64,000 nt of DNA, from assembly GCA_028023455.1 (NCBI GenBank), contig JAQFVV010000009.1, positions 5,890,001 through 5,954,000 on the forward strand, given 5' to 3'. The DNA is from Epiperipatus broadwayi (lineage: Eukaryota; Animalia; Onychophora). The notes beneath the pieces are model-generated. The model saw only the letters and a list, made by a program, of their open reading frames with translations. It was not told where the DNA came from and did not search any database. A program made the translations under genes and the position numbers. Shown piece after piece: positions 1-13,554 of this stretch (within the stretch, counting starts at the first letter, position 1; each line of letters starts with the position of its first letter).

Positions 1-2451
1 TCATAAAGCATCAAAAACAGATTTTTGATTTAGTTATTCAATATTCTGTAACATAAACTAAGTTAGTGAATGTTTATTATAACAAAGATGATTGATGTTC
101 AACATAAAAGAAAAGAATCTGGAATGTTTTAATATTGCACTCATTGAAAGTTTTATCACTTTTGAGTTTTGAATTTTTTTGACAGCAGTGTTATGTAATC
201 TTTTTAATTATGCTTTTTCAGATTCATGGTTAAAATTATTATATAAGTGTAGAGCAGAATATTTTTTTAATATAGTCTTTTCACTGCTGAACATACAAAT
301 AAATAAGTAAATAAAATGTCTATCCCTCTACAATTCATTATAATATTGGTATTTATTGCACTTGTTTGCTGTATAACTCTTTGTAGTAGCAAATGTCACT
401 GTATTTAAATAGAAAAGTTTCTGATTAATTTCAAAATATATAATGGAAAAATAAAAAAGACCAATATCTCTTTTAAAGAATTTAAATATAGATGGTGTTT
501 CTAGTGAAATAGTTGTGGCTATATACAGTATTTGGAATTTCCTATTAAAAAATTATGTGTACAAATATGTATATTATCCACAGTTAAATTATTTATTACT
601 ATCCTGCATAGTTTAGTGTAATAATAGAAAGGTAAATTCTGGAGCCCAAGATCCATGAATCACAGTTCCGGTTCTATCACTTCTGAGGTTCAAATTTCTT
701 TATGAACTTCTGAGCAAATAAACCATTCAATTTTATTTTATTTTACTTTTAATTATTTATTAATTTGGTTTCATTATTAACTTTATATTAAAAACCAGAT
801 CCATCTCATTTGTAAGTAATGTGCTGTTTGAAATAAAAATAAATAGTCTGCATGTGTATGAAGAATAAAAAAATATGTTGATATATTAATTATTGTCATT
901 GTCACTTTTATAAAGAATGGGTTTATTTATTAAATATGTTAAATAAGTATGAATCATAATTTTTTATGAAAAAAAACTTAAGATTATGTGTAGTAAAATT
1001 AATTCTTACAAAAAAAAAAAAAACACCTTATAATTATGATGTTTCAGATAGACAAATATAATTGAGATAACTAATGATTATCTTGAATGTATTTTGAACA
1101 AAATGACAAAAAAAAAAAAAAACTTTTTTGTTCTTTGTAGTAGATAGTAATTAAATAGTTCAGATTGATAAATCTAAAATGATATAGATTTTGACTTTGA
1201 GATGAGTGAAAGTATATATGCATACACATTCAAACATACAAAGAAAAAGAAAATATAAAAAATGTAAACAAATAATAAAAATAAGAAAATTAAAATGATT
1301 ACACAATGTACACACAAATATAGTTGTTTAATAATTTTGGCACTAAAATAAATTAAACCTTATTTCAGTTTCAGCTAACATTTACATTTAGGAAATGAAT
1401 TTAGAGCTAGATTTCAATTCGTTATCTTCTGGGAAGCAGTTTACAACACTCTCATTAAAAACATAATTGTTCAGGAGGGCAATTGACAGTTAAATACAAA
1501 GTGATAGACTGAACATAAGGTATTTATTTGATTAAATTAAGATTTTTTAAAAATTTTCTTCAATACAAATATAACTAAGAAACTTTATTTCTCAATACAA
1601 CCAATTTATCCCTAGACAAATACCTCAAAGCAATATAAAAATGTTAAATTATCATTTAATTGCTCTAATGTTGCAGACTGTTGTTGCGGGTTTGCCTCCT
1701 GGCCGATACTATGACATATGGAAAAAAAAATGTTAACAAACAATACAGGATATCATTAAAACTTAGATAGAGAATAATAAATTCATCTTTTTCTTCTTTT
1801 CGTTTTGAAAAATGTGCACTTTATTATTATTTAGAAAAGATTACAGACAATTTTTAAATGTTATGCTATTACGAAAATTTTAATAAATAAATAAGTAAAG
1901 TTTGTAACAATGTAAACTGTCACTTAATTGAAAAGTTAGTGAAATTTAGTTAAAAACTTATTAAACAAAGAACACTTATGGTTAAATAAATAATTTCCCC
2001 CAAAATAAACAAAAAACAATATTGAAAAAAAAAATCAAATATTTTATGAATAACTAACAAAATCAAGGTTTTGTTATGTTAAGAATTATAGAATACTGAA
2101 ACTAAATAAAACAGAAGCCTTATTCGAATTTTTAAAGAAAAATATGGAAACCGAAAGATAAATAAAATACTTGGTAATAATACCAACTATGATTTATTAA
2201 TTGATTGAAAATAATTTTTTTACTATTCAATAAAACTGATAATAATTTCTACTTAAACAACTATTTTCAGGAAAAATAAATTAATTCTAAAATAGAAAAA
2301 AATAATATTAAGAGACAAAATCACATGATTCTTTCAACTTTTATCATTACCTATTTATTCTAAACTTGAGTAAATATGGTTATTAGAGGTTAAATTGCAT
2401 TACAATCTGATAAAAACAATGATTGTGCAAGTTTTTTTCTCCATGTGTCAA

Positions 2452-2523
2452 AGGGTTGTCTAGGAAGCGAACCAGGGCCAGCTGCTTGGAAGGCAGCTAG
2501 GCTAACCACAAGGCTACCAACAC
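2452..2523 (-). pseudogene. tRNA-Gly(TCC) pseudogene
   Basis: Reverse complement GTGTTGGTAGCCTTGTGGTTAGCCTAGCTGCCTTCCAAGCAGCTGGCCCTGGTTCGCTTCCTAGACAACCCT is 72 nt and colinear with metazoan tRNA-Gly-TCC. The anticodon arm GCTGC-CTTCCAA-GCAGC is perfect; the acceptor and T stems each have 2 mismatches. Confidence 0.8.
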
Positions 2524-5500
2524 TTGACTTATTCAAGTTTACTGTAAATAGTGCCAATATAAAAAAGAAATACTTTTGTTTAAAAAAAAAAAAAATACAG
2601 GAAAAAAAACCCAACTCATTAATTTATCATTTGAGAGAAAAGATAAAATAAGCTTTAAATAAACAACTATATATACCTTTACATTAAAAGTAGTTTGCTG
2701 TAGAATTAAGAATTTGTATATTGGTTATCAATGAGAAAATTTAAAAAAAGAGTGAAATTCAGTCTAGCTATTAAAAAGTTTATTTTAAAGATACTCCAAC
2801 AAAATATAATATTGATGCTGCCAGAGAATAATTTTGGTTGAGAGAATATTAGATGTGATTGTAAACCTCATTTTTTAATTTATATTCTTTTTTATTCTTC
2901 TCTTTCTCTCTATCATTTTTCTGATGTTAGGATAGCCATATTTCTTTTCAAATAATTGCTAATGATGAAGACATATATATATATAACATGATACAATAGC
3001 GGCTAATAAATATTGCATTTAATATTTACAATTTTAAATATGTTTTATATTATAATTAAATAAGATCACCTTCAGTAGATTACTTGCACTATGAATATAA
3101 CTACAAATAGTCAAAAGCATGCTTAGCATTGCAGGATATTATAAATAATAATCTCTTCTTTTAAATATAAACAACATTTTGTATATTCAATTATAATTAA
3201 TTAAGTATTAATATATATATATTTTCTTAAATCATATTACTGTGAAGTGCATCACAATGTAACAAAGCATCCATATTATCAAGTATGTAATTTATATAAA
3301 AACACTAGTCTTTGTAATAAGCACAAATAATGCTTATGCCACAAAAGAAAAACATCTTAAATTCAGAAATGTTAAATTTAATTTATATATGTTGTAATGG
3401 AATAGGGCATCTTGAGAATGCTATGTTAGTTGCACTAAATGTGAATGGCTAACTATAACTCTCATCATCATTTCTTTAGTATATGGACTACAGACAATGT
3501 AATAATGGCGGTTTTATTTAATAAAAAGTCCCAGATATAGGGAAATTACAAATTCACCATAATGACATGATGAATCCCATTCTTTCAATATCTGTTATTA
3601 CCCATAATGCTAGTTCTTATCTCACTGTTAATTTACATTTATCTAATTAATATTAGAAATCACACACACTAAATTTATAACTTATATATGGTACATCTAA
3701 ATATATTTTGGAATATCACATAAAATAAAGACATTCAAAGACATTGAATTTTAATAAAAATGAACAAATAACAACATGAAATAAAAATGAGTATAAACGA
3801 TAAACATCAAATAAATACATAAAATAATAAATAAGCATTTTGTTTAATATGGGGACAATGGATAAATGATTACATACATATTTCATTCTGAATATCTTCC
3901 CCACTTTTTATTTAATCATTAACTGATGTATAAAATATATAAAGTACCATGTACAAAAATTTATATTCATACTGTGCTTGTGTATATAAAAAAAAAAAAA
4001 GAATATATATCAACCAACTCTTTATGTGTATAAAAATTAACTGCTAAATATAACAAATTAAAAATATATATTTTACTATACCATAATAACAATAATCTCA
4101 CCTTCTGATATTCCCAAGTTCAATTGCAAAATAAAAACTTAAAAGTACCATTTTACATATAACTGTTTTATCTGTGCACATGTGATTTGATGCCATTTAA
4201 ATAAGTGATTTCAAGTTCAGAATTTGGTCCTTTTTTTTCTTTCATAGAGGGGTTTTAATTATGCTCCTATCTTATTGAGTCATTTTAAATTTTAGACTTC
4301 TTTTGTTAAATTTACTTTTATCTATATAATTCAATCCCACATAAAAATATAAAAATGAAAATGGGTATTTGCCTTTAGATCTGGTTATCATCATGGGATT
4401 GGGTAGAATAGCATTTATTGTGAAGGCTGGATTTCATTTTTTTTAGCAGGTTCTTTTCAAACATTTTCATTTCTGATAGGTTTTATAGAAACAGCATCTC
4501 AAATGATTTCTACAATCGGTTCACACATCCAGGTAAGATTCGACTATAGTTGGCACTTAAAAAGGGGAGTTCTAACTCTTCATTATAAAAGTTATCCTGC
4601 TATAGTGAATATATTCCATCTTTTTATAATAGAATATAACTGCTTATTCACTACAATTAATAATATACTTTTCACCATGGTCAATAAACCTTCATTAGTG
4701 GTTTTAAGCTTAACTTGCCACTAATATGCTTTGCCAAAACCAGCCAAAAACAAAAAGAAAAAATGAAAATGACATTATTTATATCTGAACAACTTACAAT
4801 TAAACTATATCAAACAGATAATAAAAATACATTATATTTTTTCTTCTTCTTTTTTTTTTATTTTTAATTAAATTTGTTTTCCAAATGCAATTCAAAAAAT
4901 TCATCTTTCATTCAAAAAATGAAATAAACAAGATAACCCTGAAATAGTTACAATTAATTAAATTTAATTATTTGTTCTGAAATTCACAAATCGAAATTTA
5001 AAAAATTATAAAATTTTACACAAAAAAAAATTGGGAAAAGTTTTTTTCTTCAAAACTTTACTAGGTTAAAAATCTGATTACACTATTTTATTGTATATTA
5101 ATAAAGAAACCACACAGTCTTTTCTATAGCTTTTAACTATAAAAATTTAATAAAATTTGCTAATCTTTGATTAGGTTATCCTTTTCTACTAGGAAAATGC
5201 TTACTTATTTTGGAAAGGGAAAATTACGAAGATTAAATTAATATTCAGGCCCTCCAATGTGCTGGTATAATATATATTATAGCCTTTCTATTTTGCTACA
5301 TGATTTCATAAATGTGTAAAACAGTCAATTTTATAGCAAAATTTTAAATTTTATATAAGTTGTTTCTAATATAGTATTTTTATAAGATTAAGATAAATTA
5401 TTTTTAAAGTAAGATTATTTAAATTTACTAATAAAGTTAAAATATAGATAATATTTATAGTTAAAATTCTAGTAAATAACTATTAGAACTGTGTAGTACA

Positions 5501-5606
5501 ATGCTAAAATAATAACCTTAATCATAAAAATCAATATTATATAAGTATTAACAGTTTAATTTAAAAATTCTTATTTAATTATTTTAAAATTATATTAAAT
5601 AGTGAT

Positions 5607-6250
5607 TAAGATATTTATTTTATATAGTGCTATGTTTTATAAACTGTAATATTAATAATTAGCCATTAAGCTAATGCACATGCGCTTTGTGGATTTTTAA
5701 ACTATAAATAAATACTCTCACAAGATAAAGTCTTTGTGAAAAGATAGAATGAATCTATCTTTTCGACCCAAATGTTTATGTACAGGCAAATCTTAAACAT
5801 TTGGAAATGAGAGCATGAAGATGTTAAGCGATCACTTTAAATTACTTTTACTATGCCTAAATGAATGATGCTTGCGAAATTTTCTAGAATTTACGATGCA
5901 TCATTCTTATTTGAAATTAAACATATGTAAATAAGATATTTATTTTATATAGCGCTATGTTTTATAAACTGTAATATTAATAATTAGCCATTAAGCTAAT
6001 GCACATGCACTTTGTGGATTTTTAAACTATAAATGAATACTCTCACTTTGCAAACACAAAATAAAGTCTTTATGAAAAGATTTGCCCATACATAAACGTT
6101 TGGGTCGAAAAGATAGATTAATTCTATCTTTTCACAAAGACTTTATCTTGTGTTTGGAAAGTGAGAGTATTCATTTATAATTTAAAAATTCACAAAGCAC
6201 ATGTACATTAGCTTAATGGCTAATTATTAATATTAGTTTATACAATATAG
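5607..6250. repeat. Direct plus inverted triplication of a 150-190 bp unit
   Basis: The unit TAAGATATTTATTTTATATAG...GCCATTAAGCTAATGCACATG...AAAGTCTTT occurs at about 5607-5794 (+) and 5932-6080 (+), and as the reverse complement at about 6077-6250. Confidence 0.85.
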
Positions 6251-6599
6251 GTATGCAATCTGTGTGCACACACATTCCTGCTTAAATTACTTAGTTTACT
6301 TCCTTGTGCTAGAGTTAATTTATTATTTGTATTAAATTTATGTTGCAATCTATTTAGTATTTAATTTTAAAGTGTATCAAAATTATTGTAATTACATAAA
6401 CAATAGTTTTATGTTTCCAAAGTTAAGTTTAATAAAAAGTAGTTTATTAAAAGTGTATTTTAAAAATAGCATTTAAATCAAGTTTCAAATATGATTTAAT
6501 AAGATTTATTAAATAAATTAGCTTCTTAAAAAAAAAAAAAAAACCAGACAAAATTAATTTGTATGTAAATTTTTATTGTTCAAGATTTAATTGACCAAT

Positions 6600-9500
6600 C
6601 AGGTAAGGGTTTATTATGGCTATAGATACAGGAGTTGCGTCATTGTTGGGGTGGTCTATTAAATTATTTTTTTTAATCAATTAAAGTTTAAAGAATAAAA
6701 ACTGTATTCCTTCTAGTCTAAATTTTAAGTTATAATTTTTTTTTATTTTGGTTAGTAAAGTTAAAAGTAATTTATAAAATTATAAATAACAATTTAAAAA
6801 GTTTATTCAAATTGTTTTAATATGGAGTAAAATAAACCATATTCCTTATCAATATGAAACAAGTGATAAAAATGTGAGTTATCCAACAGAAACTGTTAGA
6901 AAGAGGACTATGCCAGAGAATATATTGTCTAGACCGAAGAGCAACATGAGGGATTCGTAAGGAATGTCTTTTTAATCATATATGAATGTTATATTAAAAG
7001 TATTATTTAATTATAATAATTAACCATAAAGAGTACAGACTTTCATTTGATAAAGATATTAATCTTTGTTTTTGGAAATTTATTAAAAACATTTTCAGAA
7101 TTTTTATTCAGTTTAAGAAGGATACATGCTAATTAATTATTCATTGAAAATGAATTTATTATCTACTAGTCCATTATGTGTAATTTGCAAATATTTTTAA
7201 TCTATGAAATATATACTAACATTAAGGAAAATTTGTATGAGTGAATAATGTTTTTCAAGTATTATGCAAGTTATTAGAAGAATAAATATGAACTAGTATA
7301 AGAAATGCTACATGAGCTGTAAGTCAACTATAAATATTGTTTAAAAATATACTAACCTGGAGGAGAATGTACAATGTGATTTTAAAAAAAAAAGATGTAT
7401 TATTGCAATTATTGATGTGAAAATGCATATACGTGAAAGAAGAATTATAAAATTGGAAGAACTCACTAATGATATTGTCAAAATTATTCTTAAAGCTTTT
7501 ATGTGAAAGTTGGAGGTTTGAATTACAAGATTTTTAAAATAAGTCAGTAAATGTGGACTGAAGAAAGAACTTTCAAGTGTGATAATTATTTTATTAATAA
7601 CCAATGCTTATTATTAACTTTCCGTGAAATTTGCTTCGTCAAGGAATTAAAATGAATGAACTTTATTATAAGTACATTTTTATCTTGTATTGGTGAACAA
7701 TATTTTCATTGGATTTTTATTTAATATTTTTGCATTTGTGTTGCATGGAGTTAAGAATGCAGTGGAGAGAGAAGGAAAACATATCTTTTAGTTAACTGAA
7801 TATTGTCATGGTAATAAGCGATTCTCTTCTGAATGTCAACTTCAAGAAAAATGAAAGGACACTTTTATTATTTTTATTTTTTCTTAGTTAAGAAATAGAT
7901 GTAGTAAATTTAATAATTATATGTATTCTTAAATTTAAGATTGTAGTTTAATGTTTATATAATATGTGAATTTTATCTTTAATTTTTTTGGTATTAAAAA
8001 AAGTGGAAAAATTTTTTTTTCTTTAATGATAATAAATCTATAACTTGGATGGGGGTAATTCGATGAGAGAGGATCATCATAATAATCATAGTGATATGAT
8101 TATGGTTTTATTTAAATGTAATTAAATTTCAATATTAGTATTTATTTATACGAGTGATAAATTAGGTAAACCGAATATTATATTTATTCTGTTTATTTAT
8201 GTTAGAATAATTTATTTTAGAAGTACAAATATACGTGTTATATGCTGGATCTATTTAGATACCATATACTGGATCTAACTAGAAACCATATGAAAGTATG
8301 AATATACATATTATATATTGGATCTGTTTAGATACCATGTGAATATATGAATAAAAATGTTATAAGCAGTATCTCTTTAGATACATAACTGATCTCTGAA
8401 TTGTTTTTTATAAAAAAATTAAATGAGTGTATTTATTATAAGTTAAATGTCTAAAATCATTTGTTTGTGCTATATTTAATCTTCTTGATATTTTAATGAA
8501 TGCTATGTACTGAAGTTTAAAAATAATTTTATGAAGAGATGTTTAAGAATTTCTTTGTTATGTTGTAAGGAGTTATACAGAAAGTATATGACAGACAGTT
8601 AGTGGTTTAGAAGAACAGTATTAGAAAATCCTGTAGTACAAGGGATCTTTTGAAAATTAAGTGTGATCTTGTGAATGTTGAGTATAATACAGTTAACATA
8701 AGCCTGTCTATTTTTATGATTCATTGTCAGTAGCATTTCTGTAAATCAGTAAGTGCTCAGAGAGAAGCCGTGATAAAAATTTAAGGTAGACACAAGATTA
8801 TGTAAACCTAAGAACTGCATCCATGTTTTCATTTTGTTTTTCCTTGATCATATAGTTTTTAATCCCTCACTTTTAATCACTACTATCATTACTCATTTCT
8901 ATATCGTAAGTGGTATTGGGTTATATAAAGTTTTGTGGAATGATTTGATATTCCAAAAATATTTTAAGAGATCAAAAAAAGTTATCGAGTGCATATTATA
9001 TTAAAGTCATATAAAAAATATGAATGAAAGTGAAACCTGAATATGATTAACATCATAAAATATGAAGTGAATAAATACCATATATATATATAAGAATATC
9101 ATTAAACATATATATATATTATATTATTAAAATAATTATATGCTTATTTTGTTAGATAAAATAAACATAAGAACAAATATAAGTTATACAGTTATTATAA
9201 AATTATATTATGATAGTGTTGGAGTAGAGAACTTATTATTGAAGATTTTTTTTTTTTTTCTTAGTGCATAATAGAACAAATAAACTATTTAAATAATAAA
9301 TATGAAAATTTCATAGAAATATTTAGATATTTCATTATCAAAGAATATTTTTATTTATGAACCTGCAATTATTTAAAAAAATAAGTTTTTTTGTAATAAT
9401 AATGCTAAAGTGTATTAATGTTATAGATCTAGAAAAAGCTAATATGATTATCATAGAAATATATTATTGATTCTATGAATGTGCTCAAATTATTTAAATA

Positions 9501-10757
9501 TATAATCTAAGAAAAATGTTAGAATAACTTAATAAGTGTAAGTTTTTAAGTAATAGATATTATTACTTCATGATAGAAAATATTTGAATTGGAAATTATA
9601 TTTTTTTTGTGTGTAAATATTTTTTTGACTAACTATTTTGAATTTTGAATAATTTAAAATTTGTAAATATTATACTTGTTGTTTGTTTTGAATTAACCTA
9701 ATGTCTTAAGAGTTTTTTTTTCTTGTTGTATCCAAGTCATTATGAATCACCCTAACCACACATATGAATTATAAGAATTAATTATACCTTGGTATAATTG
9801 CACATTAATTAAAGAAAATATAGTATGATTATTATTTTATGATTATTGAAGATATTACTTATTGGATCTTAAAAATTGTATAATGCAAATTTTTCACTAT
9901 CTTATTCAATAGTTATAACAAAGCTTGATATTTTTTATATGCCATATGAAATATACAATTATATCTGTAATGCATAATAAGATTAAAATTGTTTTGAGTT
10001 TATTTAAGAAATATTATTTAGTGGTTTATAATTTTAATTTGTTTTAATTAACTAATAAATTAATTACATGAGTTTTTGAAGTAAGAGTTATTGAGTATTT
10101 TATTTTATTTATTATTGTTGTTATGATATAGCTGGGTATTTGTAAAATTCCTTACTGTATTAATTGTAAAATAACAATAAAAACCTGAGATTAAGAATAG
10201 AGTTATATTATGGATTTTATTTAAGAAATGATATATTGTTTTATTAAATAGAGGAGTGTAAAATATTTTTAGTAGTTTAACTTAATGTTAGTAATGTTAA
10301 TTTTAGTTTATTTTATATGAGATGCGAGTCATGGGAATATTACTTATAGTGAAGGAAAGTAGATAGTGGTGATATCCCTATGCCATTGGGATATATCTTT
10401 TTGTGGGTATATTCTTAATGTTAAATTAACTGTATACCTTATTAGATGCCTTTAATTATGAGTCTCGTGATTTTTTAGTATTTAACCAAACCGTTTATAA
10501 AAGATTGAGCTATTACTTAAATTAAATTAATGCAATTGTTAACAATCTGGGATTTAAATTGATTAGTTAAATAATAGAGTATTTAACTTAGTAGTTTATT
10601 AGATATATTATTACTATTTATATTCACATGAACTAATTATTGTTAAAGTTTATAATAGAGAGTTAGATAAACTAAAAGCTAGTAGTGGAATAACTGATGA
10701 ATGATTAGCTTGTGTAACACTTGAGCTGGTGAGTTAGCTCTAGGTAAGGGTACAACA
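6600..10757 (+). mobile_element. Possible very old, decayed LTR (Gypsy-type) relic
   Basis: Purine-biased plus strand with a short ORF-like stretch at 6838-6960. The region 7470-7600 faintly resembles the integrase C-terminal remnant at 51.95 kb. PPT-like GGATGGGGG near 8047 and an ...AGGTAAGGGTACAACA end. No clear LTR pair. Confidence 0.25.
8246..8388 (+). repeat. Degenerate 20 bp motif repeated 3-4 times
   Basis: TGGATCT(A/G)TTTAGATACCAT-like units at 8246, 8270, 8319 and (degenerate) about 8369. Confidence 0.6.
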
Positions 10758-11544
10758 TATATAATCATCATATAATGTATCTGTAATAAATTTTAAAAAA
10801 ATTTTAACATTGCTTTTATCAATAACTGGTATTTCAATCTATATTGGTATATACATTTAGGTTTGTAGTCTTGTTTTGATAAAAATGCTCTGAATCAAAA
10901 GCCTGGCTTAGCAATTTTATTGTCGAATTATTTTTTAATTATCCATACATTCTATTGGAAAGTAATTTTTACATTTTACTATGATTAAAATATTTATATA
11001 CAATATTTATATTTATTAGTTAGAAGTTCGAGGCACATAAGTATGGTTGACAATTATTTATTAATGTAGACAGAAATTTATTCTTTATTCTAGAGGCTTC
11101 AACTAAGCTAGTTCTTCTTTTTTTTTTTTTATGTATTACTTACATTTCTATAGAAAAAGTAACAATTTCATCCATTTCTAGAATTATTCTCTAACTATAA
11201 ATCTACACAAAGTATTATCTTTTGTGTAGAGATAAACTTTTTATTTAGATTTTCTACATTATTATCAAAAATAATAAAAAACAAATAATAAACACATACG
11301 ATCATCTCTAAATTATTGTAATCTATTATAGAATATTTTTATTTAGAAATTATAAATGACTTTGTGGTAATTAGTACAGTAGAATGGCATGTCCATTATC
11401 TGAATTCAAATCTAAATTTGAGCTTAAAGGTTTTTGTCCAAATAGTGAAAAATTTGAAAATAAGCTCAGAAATTTTTCCAGTGTTCAGAATCAATTGATT
11501 GGATGAATTCATGTGCTTGCCATTAAAAAAAAAAAAAAAATTAC

Positions 11545-11591
11545 CTGTGATATAATGAAGTCATTACTGCTAGGAGGTAAAGTATTATACT
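11545..11591 (-). CDS. Candidate next exon of the CEP295-like gene (EYNTLPPSSNDFIISQ)
   Basis: Good donor CAG|GTAATT and an open 47 nt frame compatible with phase 1 from exon 13190-13466. The acceptor (TGTAAG) is weak and has little pyrimidine tract. Confidence 0.25.
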
Positions 11592-12129
11592 CTTACAGGC
11601 AATAAATCCATAACTTTATCTTTGACTTAATTTAAAATACTGAATTTTAAAATAATATATTCTTTAATAAATAAAACCATAATAAAACTTTCACCTCAAG
11701 AAAAAAAAAATTAAATAGAAATCGATAATAAACTAATACAAATTGTATTTTTATTTTTCAACCTATTATATTATTAATAAAGCTTGTATTTACACTATTA
11801 GTTGTAATTGAAATGATCTGCTTCTTTTTTATTAATTAGGATTATTTCAAATCTGGTTCTCAGTTACAAAAGCAAATGTTTTAAAAAATAAATAAATTGA
11901 ATAATATAGAGAGAATAGACTTAATTTTAAATTTGGACAAAAAAGTTTAAATTGAACACTCTTAATAGATTTGGGATCATCATTAATGCTTAATAATGTT
12001 TCTATGACTTCTAAAAAATAATTCATTTTATATACTTTTATCTTTATTTGCCACATGTTTCGGTCTATATGTACATATTTTCTGTTTATGTTTTTGTCTA
12101 TATGTCCTCATTTTTTAATTTTATTCCAG

Positions 12130-12590
12130 CTGAGATTTTTTTTAAGTATCAACCATTTTTTGTTTTTAATAAAAAAAGTTTAATAATTGGAATTTTGCTC
12201 CGAGATTTTTTAAAAATTTTAACCATTTTTTGTTTTTAATGAAAAAAGTTTGATAAGATAAAAAATTTAATGAATAAAAATTATTTTTGTTCAGGAGTTT
12301 CTGTATCACATCTATGTTGTTGTTATAATTGGTCTTTTTTACGTGGCTCGATAATAATTAGTCTGAGAAAAGTTCATCAGTTACACTTTGCCAATAATAT
12401 AAAAATTTTATAATCATAATTTAATTTTAATGGATAAGTAGTAATATATCAAGTAATTAAATTAAATGCTTTTTTTTAGTTTTTAATGAAAAAAGTTTGG
12501 ATAAAAGATTTAATAAATGGAAGTTGTTTTTGCTCAGGAGTTTCCACATTAAGTCTACATTGCTGTCTTAATTGGTCTTTTTCAAGACTT
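12130..12590. repeat. Degenerate direct repeats adjoining a foldback element
   Basis: AACCATTTTTTGTTTTTAAT(A/G)AAAAAAGTTT occurs in tandem about 70 bp apart; a block of about 110 bp (TTTTAATGAAAAAAGTTTG...CAGGAGTTT...ATTGGTCTTTTT) occurs at about 12235 and 12480. Confidence 0.65.
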
Positions 12591-12646
12591 ATTACTAAAT
12601 CATAATTTTGGTCACATTTTTTTTTTTTAGTTTATAACTAAAAAGT

Positions 12647-13033
12647 AAAAAAAAATTTTTTTAAATAATGTAAAAGTATTAGCCGACTAAAAAGTAGAAA
12701 AAAGCTAAATCTTGTTTAATTTGCCATTCTTGGAAAATATCAGAGATCTTAAAAATCTAGACTTGTTGTAAAACAATTGAAAATTGTAGGAATATTGTCA
12801 TTTCATAAAAACATTTGAGGCGATTTGATTTTTATGATTTATTTGAACTTCAAATGCCTTTTTAAAATGACAATATTCCTGCAATTTCCAAAATCTGATA
12901 TTTTCCAAGAAATTCAAATTAAATGAGATTCAATTTTTTTCTAGTTTTTAGTTGGATTACTTTGTTATTTTTCTACTTTTTAGTTGGCTAGTATTGTTTA
13001 CATAAAAGCATTATTTAAAAAAATTTTTTTTTA
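12647..13033. mobile_element. Foldback/MITE-like long imperfect palindrome
   Basis: Paired segments include TATTAGCCGACTAAAAAGTAGAAAAA / TTTTTCTACTTTTTAGTTGGCTAGTA, TTCTTGGAAAATATCAGA / TCTGATATTTTCCAAGAA and GGAATATTGTCATTT / AAATGACAATATTCC, centred near 12835. Confidence 0.75.
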
Positions 13034-13189
13034 CATATTTTATTTTATCCTCTTTTCAAAGTATTGCTGAAGTTTTATTTGCATAAAATTTGGTTTTGAC
13101 CACTATAAATGCAAACCATTTTTTTTTTTTTTTTAAATTTCATTTCAAAACAATTGTACAACTTAAAAATAAAAATAATGTAGACATAC

Positions 13190-13466
13190 CATTCTGTTTA
13201 GGTGACTTGGATATAATAATCCTATGTTCCTGAAATAAAGCAGTTGATTCATTCAAACTTTCTTTCATGCTTTCTTCATGACGCATAAAAGATAGCAAAG
13301 ATTGACTAGCAGATTCATTATCCTTTGTGGTTTCAAATCTTCCAAACATATCTGAATATGTAAATGGTGCTTCACGTATGTTGCTTGATGCTAAAGGGTG
13401 ACTGGATATGTCAAATGATGATGTAATCAATGTTAAATCTGATTCCTCCAAAATTCCTCGAGATAG
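13190..13466 (-). CDS. CEP295: CEP295-like centriolar protein, exon (LSRGILEESDLTLITSS...KQN)
   Basis: AG acceptor at 13467-68 and GTATGT donor at 13189; phase 0 in, phase 1 out. GILEESDLTLI resembles the GIMEEPELTLI motif recalled from the vertebrate CEP295/KIAA1731 C-terminal region. Confidence 0.8.
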
Positions 13467-13554
13467 CTATTTTTTCCCCAAAAAAAAAAATAACATATAA
13501 AATTTTTAAGTTAAATTTTTATGCAAATATATGGTCTTAAAAAATACAAATTAC

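Noticed and set aside
1624-1708. Possible minus-strand exon (IGQEANPQQQSATLEQLNDNLTFLYCFE) with AG/GT boundaries
   Set aside because: No recognisable CEP295 or ALMS similarity, its phase-2 entry does not link to the identified exons, and the donor GTATTT is weak.
2390-2651. ORFs 2390..2614 (-) and 2445..2651 (+)
   Set aside because: Chance frames across the tRNA pseudogene and poly-A tracts.
11385-11507. 40-codon plus-strand ORF MACPLSEFKSKFELKG...
   Set aside because: Short, no motif, intronic and antisense to the host gene.
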